Source of the DNA: Acidobacteriota bacterium
GTDB lineage: Bacteria; Acidobacteriota; Thermoanaerobaculia; Gp7-AA8
Length of the DNA stretch: 64,000 nucleotides
Reading direction: 5' to 3'
Assembly: GCA_019244185.1 (NCBI GenBank)
Contig: JAFATB010000023.1
Span: forward strand, 96,001-160,000
Positions 54,253-63,413 of this stretch are shown piece by piece. The translations under genes were made by a program, and so were the position numbers. Within the stretch, counting starts at the first letter, position 1, and every line of letters begins with the position of its first letter. The notes below the pieces were generated by a model. The model saw only the letters and a program-made list of their open reading frames with translations, did no database searches and had not been told where the DNA came from.

Positions 54253-55668
54253 ATGAGTCAGTCGAGAGAGAACGCCGAGGCTACGTCTTTTGCCGAGGCG
54301 ATGGAGAATTTGGACCTCAAAACTCCCCAGCAGGGCGAGCTGCTTCGCGGGACGATCGTCTCGATTTCGGGAGAGGATGCCTACATCTCTTACGGTGGCC
54401 CCTCGGAAGCGGTGATGGACACCGCGGAGCTCGAGGGCCTCGACGTCGGTGACTCCATCGAGGCGACGGTCGTCAAGACGTCCCCCGAAATCCGCGTGTC
54501 GCGGAAGCTGATCAAAGGCAAGGCGTCGCTCGAGCAGTTGCGCGGCGCGTTTGAAAATCGCCTTCCGGTCGAAGGCCGCGTCACCGGCCGCAACAAGGGC
54601 GGCTTCGAAGTCAACATCAGCGGCCTGCGCGCCTTCTGCCCGCTCTCGCAGATCGCGCTCGGCAAGATCGAGAACCCCGACTCGTTCGTCAACCAGACGG
54701 TCGAGTTCCGCGTCACCGAGCTGAGCGAAGACGGCCGCCGCATCGTCGTCTCGCGCGCCGCGCTGCTCAAGGAAGCCGCCGCCGAACGCGCCGCCGAAAC
54801 GCGCGCGCGCATCGTCCCCGGCGCCGAGCTCACCGGCCGCGTGAAAACGCTCACGCCCTTCGGCGCCTTCGTCGACCTCGGCGGCGTCGACGGCCTCCTC
54901 CACGTCTCGGAGATGAGCCGCCGCCGCGTGACCGATCCCAAAGAAGTCGTCCAGATCGGCCAGGAAGTCCACGTCAAGGTCATCAAGATCGAGAACGACG
55001 GCAAGCGCATCTCGCTGTCGATGAAAGATCAGGAGCCCGATCCGTGGTACGACGTCGCCGAGCGCTACGCGCCGGGCACGCCGTTCTCGGGCCGCATCGT
55101 CCGCTCCACCGACTTCGGCTACTTCGTCGAAGTGGAGCCGGGTCTCGACGGACTCGTGCACGTCTCGCAGCTGCCGCACGGCATCAAGCCGGGCGATACG
55201 GAAGTCGCCATCGGCTCGAACGTCCAGGGCTGGGTCCGCGAAGTCGATCCGTCGAAGAAGCGCCTCTCGCTCTCGCTCCGCGCGGTCGCCACGAGCGATC
55301 CGTGGGAGTCGGCCTCGCAGCGCTACGGCATCGGCCGTGTCGTCGAAGGCACCGTGGATCATGGCGGCGCGCCCGGCATCTTCGTCGAGCTCGAGCCGGG
55401 TCTCACCGGTCTCATCCCGAACTCCGAGATCTCCGTCGCGCCCGGACAGGATCCGTCGCAGGCGCATCAGCCCGGCGAGAAGCTGATGGTGCGCATCATG
55501 AGCATCGACGCGCAGCGCAAGCGCATCTCGCTCAGCCACGAGGCCGCGAAGGCCGCCGCCGAGCGCGAGGAGTACACGAAGTTCATGGACGAGCGCGGCG
55601 ACGACAACGCCGGCGAGAGCGCGATGGCGCTCGCGTTCAAGCGCGCCATGGAAAAGAAGAACCGGTAG
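54253..55668 (+). CDS. Ribosomal protein S1-like protein (about five S1 domains)
   Basis: RAFCPLSQI, FGAFVDLGGVDGLLHVSEM, FGYFVEVEPGLDGLVHVSQL, GIFVELEPGLTGLIPNSEI. May be rpsA or a paralog. Confidence 0.9.
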   Translation: MSQSRENAEATSFAEAMENLDLKTPQQGELLRGTIVSISGEDAYISYGGPSEAVMDTAELEGLDVGDSIEATVVKTSPEIRVSRKLIKGKASLEQLRGAFENRLPVEGRVTGRNKGGFEVNISGLRAFCPLSQIALGKIENPDSFVNQTVEFRVTELSEDGRRIVVSRAALLKEAAAERAAETRARIVPGAELTGRVKTLTPFGAFVDLGGVDGLLHVSEMSRRRVTDPKEVVQIGQEVHVKVIKIENDGKRISLSMKDQEPDPWYDVAERYAPGTPFSGRIVRSTDFGYFVEVEPGLDGLVHVSQLPHGIKPGDTEVAIGSNVQGWVREVDPSKKRLSLSLRAVATSDPWESASQRYGIGRVVEGTVDHGGAPGIFVELEPGLTGLIPNSEISVAPGQDPSQAHQPGEKLMVRIMSIDAQRKRISLSHEAAKAAAEREEYTKFMDERGDDNAGESAMALAFKRAMEKKNR

Positions 55669-55693
55669 TCCACACGTTGACCGAATCCGAAGC

Positions 55694-55721
55694 AGGCCGC
55701 CCCGAAACGGGCGGCCTTTTT
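55694..55721 (+). terminator. Intrinsic terminator after the S1 gene
   Basis: AGGCCGCCC-loop-GGGCGGCCT followed by TTTT. Confidence 0.85.
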
Positions 55722-55739
55722 GTATTGCGAGGAGACCTC

Positions 55740-56591
55740 ATGCACATCTTCATCACGGGAGCCACGGGTTACATCGGCGGCGCGGTCGCGAAAGCGCTCC
55801 GCGGCGCGGGACACGACGTCGCGGCGCTGGTCCGCCCCGACGCGGAAACGCGCGCCCTCCGCGACCTCGGCGTCGTGCTCGTCACGGGCGATCTCGAGTC
55901 GCTGCCGTCGCTCGCCGACACGCTCGGCAGCTACGACGCAATCGTCCACGCGGCGTTCTCGAACCGCCAGGGACCCGACACCGACCGCATCGCCGTCGAC
56001 GTCTTCACCGCCGCCGGCAAGCCGCTCGTCTACACCTCCGGCGTCTGGGTTCTCGGCAACACGACCTCGGCCAACGAGTCGACGCCGGCGCAGCCGCTCG
56101 CGCTCGTCGCGTGGCGCGTCGGACACGAAGAGCGCGTGCTCGCCGCCGGCGGCACGGTGCTGCGTCCCGGCTGCGTCTACGGCGGCAAACAGTCGCTCCT
56201 CGCCGACTGGTTCGCGGCCGCGGAGCAGAACCGCGCGCTGCAGCTCGTCGGCGACGGCACCAACCGCTGGGCGCTCGTCGACGTCGACGATCTCGCCGAT
56301 CTCTACGTGCGCGCCGTCGAGCAGCGCACGGGCGGCGTGCTGCACGGCATCGACGACTCGCACGAGCCGCTCGAAGCGTGCGCCCGCGCCGTCGCGCCGA
56401 ACGGCACGATCGAGAAGACGCCGCTCGCCGCCGCGCGCGAGAAGTTCGGCCCGTTCGCCGACGCGCTGGCCGTCGATCAGGTGATCTCCAGCAAGGAGAC
56501 GCGCGCGAAGACCGGCTGGTCGCCGCGGCGCACGTTCGTGCAGTCGATCGACGAGCAGTGGCGGGAGTGGCGCGAGTCACAGCGCGCGTGA
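55740..56591 (+). CDS. NAD-dependent epimerase/dehydratase family protein
   Basis: IFITGATGYIG, YTSGVWVLG, RPGCVYGG; GAGGAG RBS. Confidence 0.9.
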   Translation: MHIFITGATGYIGGAVAKALRGAGHDVAALVRPDAETRALRDLGVVLVTGDLESLPSLADTLGSYDAIVHAAFSNRQGPDTDRIAVDVFTAAGKPLVYTSGVWVLGNTTSANESTPAQPLALVAWRVGHEERVLAAGGTVLRPGCVYGGKQSLLADWFAAAEQNRALQLVGDGTNRWALVDVDDLADLYVRAVEQRTGGVLHGIDDSHEPLEACARAVAPNGTIEKTPLAAAREKFGPFADALAVDQVISSKETRAKTGWSPRRTFVQSIDEQWREWRESQRA

Positions 56592-56625
56592 TCAACGATT
56601 CCGCGCGCGCCGCGTATAACGCTGC

Positions 56626-58086
56626 GTGAACCTGCGAACGCTCGCGTCTCTCCTGCTTTTCGTGGCGTGCGGTTGCGTCTCCTCGGCGCATCGCGCGGAT
56701 CGACTGGATCGTGCGGATCGAGTGTTGCGTACGCTGCCGCCCGCGGTCGTCGTCGCCGGACGTCCCGTGCCGCATGCGACGCTTGCCGATCGCATGGCGG
56801 GCGCGCACATCCCCGGCGTCAGCATCGCCGTCGTCGAGAACGGACGGATCGCGTGGGCGCGCGGCTTCGGCGTGCAGGAAGCCGGCGGCCGCGACGCCGT
56901 CACGGCGCACACGCTCTTTCAGGCCGCGTCGATCAGCAAGGTCATCGCGGCGACGATGACGCTGCGGCTCGTCGACGCGCAGAAGCTCGATCTCGACGCG
57001 GACGTGAACCGCGCGCTGCGCTCGTGGCAGGTGCCGGAGAATGCCTTCACCGCGACACAGAAGGTGACGCTGCGCCGCATTCTCAGCCACACCGCCGGCC
57101 TCACCGTGCATGGCTTCCCCGGCTACCGCCCCGACGGCGCGCTGCCTTCCGTGCTCGACGTGCTCGACGGACGCGCGCCGGCGACGAACGCGCCGGTGCG
57201 CGTAGACACCGTTCCCGGCTCGACGACGCGCTACTCCGGTGGCGGCATCGTCATCGAACAGCTCCTGCTCACGGACGTCACCGGCCGCGCGTTCCCGCAG
57301 CTCGCGCGCGAGCTCGTGCTCGATCCGCTGCAGATGCGCGACAGCACGTTCGAGCAACCGCTGCCGCCGCCGCTCGCGGCGCGCGCCGCACGCGGTCACG
57401 ATGAGGACGGCGGCGTGATCCCCGGCGGCTGGGCGATCGGTCCGGAGATGGCGGCGGGCTGGCTGTGGACGACGGCGGCGGATCTGATGAAGTGGGCGAT
57501 CGCGATCGATGCGTCGCGCGCGGGAACGTCCGGCGCGCCGCTCTCGCGCGGACTCGCGTCGCAGATGCTAACGCCGCAGAAAGATGTCTACGGCCTCGGG
57601 CCGGTGCTCGAGGGCAGCGGCCGCGCGTTCCGCTTCAGCCACGGCGGAAACAATCCCGGTTACACGACGCAGTTCATCTACTTCCCGGAGACGCATCAGG
57701 GCGCGGCGATCCTCGTGAACCGCGTCGGCGCGGATCAGCTGATCGACGAGCTCACGCGCGCGATCGCCGAGGAGTACGACTGGCCGGCGCTGAAACCGCT
57801 GCGCGTCACGCCCGCGACGCTCGCCGACGCGGCGATTGCGAACCTCACCGGTGCGTACGCGCTGCAGTTCCCCGGTTCCGATCCGCCGTCGCCCGCGACG
57901 ATCGCGTGGAAGAACGGACGGCTCGCGCTCGATGCGCCGCCGATCATCACGGACGACGAACTGATCCCGATTTCGGCGACGGAGCTCGTCAGTCCGGCGT
58001 GGGGCTATCGCATCCGCGTCGCGGGACGCGGCTTCACGCTGACGTACAACGGAACCGACATGACCGCGACGCGCGTCGAGCGCTGA
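56626..58086 (+). CDS. Serine hydrolase, beta-lactamase family
   Basis: Signal/lipobox; ASISK (SxxK), ILSHTAG, YSGGG, HGGNN. Confidence 0.9.
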   Translation: MNLRTLASLLLFVACGCVSSAHRADRLDRADRVLRTLPPAVVVAGRPVPHATLADRMAGAHIPGVSIAVVENGRIAWARGFGVQEAGGRDAVTAHTLFQAASISKVIAATMTLRLVDAQKLDLDADVNRALRSWQVPENAFTATQKVTLRRILSHTAGLTVHGFPGYRPDGALPSVLDVLDGRAPATNAPVRVDTVPGSTTRYSGGGIVIEQLLLTDVTGRAFPQLARELVLDPLQMRDSTFEQPLPPPLAARAARGHDEDGGVIPGGWAIGPEMAAGWLWTTAADLMKWAIAIDASRAGTSGAPLSRGLASQMLTPQKDVYGLGPVLEGSGRAFRFSHGGNNPGYTTQFIYFPETHQGAAILVNRVGADQLIDELTRAIAEEYDWPALKPLRVTPATLADAAIANLTGAYALQFPGSDPPSPATIAWKNGRLALDAPPIITDDELIPISATELVSPAWGYRIRVAGRGFTLTYNGTDMTATRVER

Positions 58087-58093
58087 GCGGCGA

Positions 58094-58882
58094 CTACGCG
58101 CGTGCGAATGCGAGCAGCAGCTCGTTCACGCGTTCCGCCGCGTCGTGCTGCACGAAGTGGCCGATGCCGTCGATGCGCTCGAGGGTGAGGTTCTCCACGA
58201 ACGCGCGGCTGCCTTCGAACGTCTCGGGCAGGAACACCGGCTCGCGCGTGCTCCAGATGAGCAGCGTCGGGACGCGGATCGGCTGCATCGACTTGCCGAT
58301 CGCGCCGCGCGACTTCCGCATCGCGCGGTAGTAGTTGAGCATCGGCGTCAAATGCCACGCCGCGATGCGCGCCTCGATTTCCTCGGGCGTGAAGCGCGCG
58401 GCGCGGCGCAGGAATGCGCGGCCGATGAGACGTAGCGTCAGCTCGGGGAGCAGCGGCAGCTGAAAGAACAGTTGATAGAGCAGGCGCACCTTCTGGCGGA
58501 AGCTCTTCTTCATCACGCGCCGCAGCGACGCGGGATGGGGGATGTTGAGGATGACCAGCTTGCGCACGAGCTCGGGGCGCATCATGGTGAGAACCCACGC
58601 CGTGACGGCGCCCCAGTCGTGGCCGACGAGGATGCACGGTGCGCCGAGGGATTCGATCAGCGCGGCGACGTCGCCGGCGATTTCCTGCAGGGTGTACGCC
58701 TCGACACCTTTCGGTGTGGGCGAGTCTCCATATCCGCGGAGGTCGGGAGCGACGGCGCGAAATCCAGCGCGCGCGAGCGCCGCGAGTTGCGGGCGCCACG
58801 TGATCCGCGATTCGGGGAAGCCGTGAAGGAGGACGACGAGCGGGCCGTCGCCCTCCGAGTCATACGAGAGGTGTTCGATCAA
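58094..58882 (-). CDS. Alpha/beta hydrolase (epoxide hydrolase-like)
   Basis: LLHGFPE, PDLRGYG, GHDWG, NYYRA, GHFVQ. Confidence 0.92.
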   Translation of the reverse strand: MIEHLSYDSEGDGPLVVLLHGFPESRITWRPQLAALARAGFRAVAPDLRGYGDSPTPKGVEAYTLQEIAGDVAALIESLGAPCILVGHDWGAVTAWVLTMMRPELVRKLVILNIPHPASLRRVMKKSFRQKVRLLYQLFFQLPLLPELTLRLIGRAFLRRAARFTPEEIEARIAAWHLTPMLNYYRAMRKSRGAIGKSMQPIRVPTLLIWSTREPVFLPETFEGSRAFVENLTLERIDGIGHFVQHDAAERVNELLLAFARA

Positions 58883-59535
58883 TCTTTGTCGCGATTGACC
58901 GCAGCGTAGATGAGTCCCGCGCCGAGCGCCAGTGCGGCGACGCCGGCCGCGACTTTTCCGGGGTTGTCCTTCGCGTAGCTGGTCGCGCGCGTGGAGCCGT
59001 CCTTCAGATAGTCGCGGGCGGTGTTGAGGTACTCATCGATGTCGACGTTCTGGAACTGACCTTTGAGGTTCCCGATCATATCCTCGGTGATACCGAGGCG
59101 GCCGAGGAACTGCTCGAGTCCGCCGCTGCCCTTCAGCGCCTGGCCGCAGTGCGGGCAGAGGCCGCTGTCGGTGTTGTTCTGCGTGCCGAGCGCGCCGCCG
59201 GACGAAACGCCGGTGCCGGTCGACGAGCCGCCGCCGAGTCCGGAGGTGCCGGAGCTGGTGCCGAAGCCGCCCGAGGCGCCGCCGCTCGAGCTCGTGCCGA
59301 GACCCGCGCCGCTGCTGCTGCTGTTCGTGCCGAGGCCCGAGCTGCCGGAGCCGAAGCTGCTGCCGCCCGATGTCGAACCGCTGCTGCTGTTCGCGAGCGA
59401 GCCGCCGCCAGCGTTCGTGCCGCCGCCCATGCTGCCGCTCGTGCCGGTGGTGCCGAGGCCGCTCGTACCGCCCGGCTTCGACGCGCCCGTGTCCGATGCG
59501 CTGTTCCAGTTGTTGGTTGGATTGTCCTGAGCCAT
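58879..59535 (-). CDS. Gly/Ser-rich disordered protein with C-terminal tail anchor
   Basis: GAAGGAGG RBS; ~110 aa of G/S/T low complexity, CPHC, then YAKDNPGKVAAGVAALALGAGLI. Confidence 0.75.
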   Translation of the reverse strand: MAQDNPTNNWNSASDTGASKPGGTSGLGTTGTSGSMGGGTNAGGGSLANSSSGSTSGGSSFGSGSSGLGTNSSSSGAGLGTSSSGGASGGFGTSSGTSGLGGGSSTGTGVSSGGALGTQNNTDSGLCPHCGQALKGSGGLEQFLGRLGITEDMIGNLKGQFQNVDIDEYLNTARDYLKDGSTRATSYAKDNPGKVAAGVAALALGAGLIYAAVNRDKD

Positions 59536-59549
59536 GTTTCTGTCCTCCT

Positions 59550-59993
59550 TCAATCTCGCGACGTGCCGCGCGACTCTTCCGGTTCGTAGGTGCGCCCGTG
59601 CGTGCCGATGCGCGGGTCGCCCGATTTGTTCGTGAAACGGTCCTCGTCATTCCAGCGGTCGTCGGCGACGCCGCGGCTGAACTCCTGATCGCGTTGATGG
59701 TCCGCGCCATCGCTGCGGAAGCTGGCCTTCGAGCTCGTCAGCGGCGGAACATAGGCGCTGTCGAGCACGTCGATGGGAATGTCGGTCTGCGGTCTGCGCG
59801 TCGGGCGGGCCTGTTGCGCTAGCTGCGACGGCTGCGTCTGCTGCTGCGACGAGCGCGCCTGCTTTCCTGCTGACGGTGAGACCTCCGCGGCGTCCGCCTT
59901 CCCGTGACCGCGCGTGAAGAATCCGCGCACGGCTCCGGCGATGCGTCCGAATCGAGTCGTTTCTCCCGTTGTCGTTTGCTGCTTACGTGGCAT
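59550..59993 (-). CDS. Hydrophilic hypothetical protein
   Basis: AAAGGAAG RBS; first gene of an apparent three-gene minus-strand operon. Confidence 0.7.
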   Translation of the reverse strand: MPRKQQTTTGETTRFGRIAGAVRGFFTRGHGKADAAEVSPSAGKQARSSQQQTQPSQLAQQARPTRRPQTDIPIDVLDSAYVPPLTSSKASFRSDGADHQRDQEFSRGVADDRWNDEDRFTNKSGDPRIGTHGRTYEPEESRGTSRD

Positions 59994-60060
59994 GCGTTGC
60001 TTCCTTTCTGGTGCAACTTCGCACGCCTTCTCACATTGCAATTCAGGTGCTGGAAACGCC

Positions 60061-61284
60061 TCACTTCGCGTACGTCACGCGCCAGATTGCGCCCGCTCCG
60101 TCATCGCTCACGAGCAGCGATCCGTCGCGCAGCACGACGACGCCCGCCGGACGTCCCCAAACCGTCGCCGCCTCAGGATCGCCGCTCCAGCCGACCACGA
60201 AATCGTCGTAGCCGCCGGCCGGCTTGCCGTTGCGGAACGGAATGAAGATGACTTTGTAGCCGGTGCGCTGCGTGCGGTTCCACGAGCCGTGCAGCGCGAC
60301 GAAGAGTCCGCCGCGATACGACGCGGGGAACATCTTGCCTTCGTAGAAATTCATGAGGATCGGCGCGGAGTGCGCCTGGATCAGCAGCGACGGCACGATC
60401 GACTTCGCGACGAGCTCCGGATGTTCGCCGGTATGCCGCGGCTCGGGATGTTTGCCGATGTACGCGAACGGCCAGCCGTAGAACGCGCCGCTCTTCACTT
60501 CGGTGGCGTAATCGGGAACGAGATCGTCGCCGAGGCCGTCGCGCTCGTTGACGCACGTCCAGAGCGTCTGATCGGCGGGATTCCACGCGAGGCCGATCGG
60601 ATTGCGCAGTCCCGAGGCGAAGATCCGCTTGCCGCTGCCGTCGGGATTGAACTCGGTGATCGCCGCGCGCATCGGCTCGTCGGTCTCGTCGTTGACGTTG
60701 GAGTCGGAGCCGACGGCGACGTACATCTTCGAGCCGTCGCGATTGAAGATCACGTTGCGCGTGGAGTGTCCGCCTTCGGGCAGCGCGGCGAGACGCACGG
60801 GCGCGCCGCTCGCGGCGGTCTGGCCGGATTTGTACGCGTAGCGCACAATCGCGTTGCCGGTGCCGACGTAGAGCTGATCGCCGCGGAACGTGAGGCCGAA
60901 CGGCTCGTCGACGTCGCTCGCGAACGTGAAGTGCTGCTCCGGTTTGCCGTCGCCGTTCGCGTCGCGATAGATGAGGATCCGGCCGCCGGCGGTGTCGGTG
61001 ACGAAGACGTCGCCGTTCGGCGCGACCACCATGTTACGCGGATCGCCGAGATCCGTGGCCCACGTGTCGATGTGAAAGCCGGGCGGCAGCGCGAGCTTCG
61101 CGCCGGCGGGACGGGTGCGTACGACGCGCGGCGGATTGCCGGCGCTGTGCGTCGCGTACGGACGCGGCATCGACTCGGCGCGGATGTCGTAATGATGCAG
61201 CGCCGGCGGCGCCGCGGGCTGTGCATCGCCGCGCGCGCACGCGAGGACGACAGTGGTAGCGAGGATCATGCTCGCGCTCTTCAT
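60061..61284 (-). CDS. Sorbosone dehydrogenase-like PQQ-dependent sugar dehydrogenase
   Basis: GGHSTR, ASGLRNPIG, VNERDGLGDDLVPDY, HGSWNR, GRPAGV...DGSLLVSDD. Confidence 0.92.
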   Translation of the reverse strand: MKSASMILATTVVLACARGDAQPAAPPALHHYDIRAESMPRPYATHSAGNPPRVVRTRPAGAKLALPPGFHIDTWATDLGDPRNMVVAPNGDVFVTDTAGGRILIYRDANGDGKPEQHFTFASDVDEPFGLTFRGDQLYVGTGNAIVRYAYKSGQTAASGAPVRLAALPEGGHSTRNVIFNRDGSKMYVAVGSDSNVNDETDEPMRAAITEFNPDGSGKRIFASGLRNPIGLAWNPADQTLWTCVNERDGLGDDLVPDYATEVKSGAFYGWPFAYIGKHPEPRHTGEHPELVAKSIVPSLLIQAHSAPILMNFYEGKMFPASYRGGLFVALHGSWNRTQRTGYKVIFIPFRNGKPAGGYDDFVVGWSGDPEAATVWGRPAGVVVLRDGSLLVSDDGAGAIWRVTYAK

Positions 61285-61304
61285 GATTGAGTAGTATGCA
61301 AATC

Positions 61305-63242
61305 ATGAGACCGCGCGCCATTGCCTTGCTGCTCGTTTCCGCCGCGATCGCCGTTCCGTCGTTCGCGCAGCGCACGCAGAAGCCGCCGCTGCATGGCGCG
61401 CACTGGATGGCCATCACCGGCAAGCCGCTCTCCGCGACCGCGGGCGCGATGATGTTTCAGAAGGGCGGCAACGCCGTCGACGCGGCCGCCGCGATGCTGG
61501 CGGCCGTCTGCACGCAGTGGGACACGCTCTCGTGGGGCGGCGAGACGCAGGCGCTCATCTACAACCCGCACACGAAGAAGGTGATCGGCATCGACGCGCT
61601 CGGCGTCGCGCCGACCGGCGCCACCGCGCAGTACTACCTCTCGAAAGGTCTCAAGGTGCCGCCGGAGTACGGCCCGCTCGCCGCGCTGACGCCCGGCACG
61701 CCGGGCGGTCTCATGACGATGCTGGCCGAGTACGGGACGCTGTCGCTCAAAGACGTGCTCGCGCCGGCGATCCAGATGGCGGACGGCTTTCCGATCGAGG
61801 CGCAGCTGGCGAGCACCATCGAGAAGAACAAGTCGTGGCTCAAGCAGTGGCCGTACTCGCGCACGACGATGCTCACGCATCTGCGCGACGCGAACGCGAG
61901 CGCATCAGCGAGCGCAACGACCGCGTCGACGCAAAGCAGCGTGACGCCGGCGCACGACGTCGTGGGCGGCGCGGCGTCGTCGCCCGCATCGACGCGCGAG
62001 GCGCCGGAGCCGGGCGAGATGTTCCACCAGCCCGAGCTCGCGGCGACGCTGCGCAAGCTCGTCGACGCGGAGCAGCAGGCCTTGAAGCGCGGCAAGTCGC
62101 GCAAGGAAGCGATCTACGCCGCGTATGACCGTTTCTATAAGGGCGACATCGCGCAGGAGCTCGCGCGCGGGACGCAGGAGCAGGGCGGTCTCATCACGAC
62201 CGACGATCTCGCGCGCTGGCAGGTGAAGATCGAAGAGCCGGTGATGACGAACTATCGCGGCGTCGACGTCTACAAGCTCACCGTCTGGACGCAGGGTCCG
62301 TCGATGCTGCAGGCGCTGAACATCCTCGAGAACTTCGATCTCAAGTCGATGGGCTACAACAGCGCGCGCTACATCCATACGCTCTATCAGGCGCTCAACC
62401 TCGCGTACGCCGATCGCGACTTCTACTACGGCGATCCGTACTTTCCGCCGGCCGAGCCGGTGCGCGGACTGCTGTCGAAGGACTACGCGCGCGAGCGCGC
62501 GAAGCTCGTCAATCCCGAGCGCAACGATCCGAACATCGGACCCGGCGATCCGTATCCGTATCAGAACGAGAAGAATCCGTTCCTCGACACGCTGCGCGAC
62601 TGGAACGCGACCGCGGCAAAACCGGTCGCGAGCTTCGAGCGCTTTCACGAGCAGTTCCTCGCCGGCACGACGTCGATCGAAGCCGCGGACGAGGAAGGGT
62701 GGGTCGTCTCCGTCACGCCGAGCGGCGGCTGGGTTCCCGCGGTGATCGCGGGGCACACGGGCGTCGGTCTCTCGCAGCGCGCGCAGAGCTTCGACACCGA
62801 TCCGAAGCAGAACCCGTTCAACGTGATCGAGCCGGGCAAGCGCCCGCACGTCACGCTCACGCCGACGCTGGCGATGAAGAACGGCGCGCCGTTCCTCGCC
62901 TTCGCCGTGCAGGGCGGCGACACGCAGGACCAGAACCTTCTGCAGTTTTTCCTCGACGTCGTCGAATTCGGCATGACCCCGCAGGAAGCGACCGAGGCCG
63001 CGAACTTCAACACGTTCCAGGTGCGCAAATGGCTCGGCGACCGCCAGTCGGTTCCCGGCCGCATCCTCCTCAACGACCAGACCCCGCCGTGGGTGCGCGG
63101 CGAACTGCAGAAGATGGGCTACACGCTGACGTTCGAAGACCGCACGTCCGGCCCCATCAACGCGATCGAGTTCGACCAGAAGCACGGCACCATGTGGGGA
63201 GGGAGCTCGAATCATGGGGAGGACTATGGGATTGGATGGTGA
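61305..63242 (+). CDS. ggt: Gamma-glutamyltransferase family protein, secreted
   Basis: GGNAVDAA, FYKGDIA, GTTSI (catalytic Thr), PGKRP, GGDTQ. Confidence 0.92.
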   Translation: MRPRAIALLLVSAAIAVPSFAQRTQKPPLHGAHWMAITGKPLSATAGAMMFQKGGNAVDAAAAMLAAVCTQWDTLSWGGETQALIYNPHTKKVIGIDALGVAPTGATAQYYLSKGLKVPPEYGPLAALTPGTPGGLMTMLAEYGTLSLKDVLAPAIQMADGFPIEAQLASTIEKNKSWLKQWPYSRTTMLTHLRDANASASASATTASTQSSVTPAHDVVGGAASSPASTREAPEPGEMFHQPELAATLRKLVDAEQQALKRGKSRKEAIYAAYDRFYKGDIAQELARGTQEQGGLITTDDLARWQVKIEEPVMTNYRGVDVYKLTVWTQGPSMLQALNILENFDLKSMGYNSARYIHTLYQALNLAYADRDFYYGDPYFPPAEPVRGLLSKDYARERAKLVNPERNDPNIGPGDPYPYQNEKNPFLDTLRDWNATAAKPVASFERFHEQFLAGTTSIEAADEEGWVVSVTPSGGWVPAVIAGHTGVGLSQRAQSFDTDPKQNPFNVIEPGKRPHVTLTPTLAMKNGAPFLAFAVQGGDTQDQNLLQFFLDVVEFGMTPQEATEAANFNTFQVRKWLGDRQSVPGRILLNDQTPPWVRGELQKMGYTLTFEDRTSGPINAIEFDQKHGTMWGGSSNHGEDYGIGW

Positions 63243-63247
63243 GTCAA

Positions 63248-63376
63248 AAGCTGAATGAAGAACGCAGAACGCAGAATGAAGAATTGAGAAAAGGAGAGAG
63301 CGCGCGCTTTGCGCGCGCGCCGTTGGTCCTCATTTCTACGTTCTTCATTCTGCGTTCTGCGTTCTTCATTCAGCTT
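63248..63376. repeat. Heptamer-repeat inverted-repeat element
   Basis: Perfect 36-bp IR (63248-63283 / 63341-63376) made of NNNAGAA units (TGAAGAA, CGCAGAA), with an internal GC hairpin. Confidence 0.9.
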
Positions 63377-63413
63377 CTAAATCCAGTTTCCCGCCGCACG
63401 CGTACCGTCTGGC

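Noticed and set aside
53849-54254. ORFs 53849-54229(-) and 54033-54254(-) across the intergenic region
   Set aside because: No RBS, atypical composition and no motifs; the region is better explained by RNA structure and divergent promoters.
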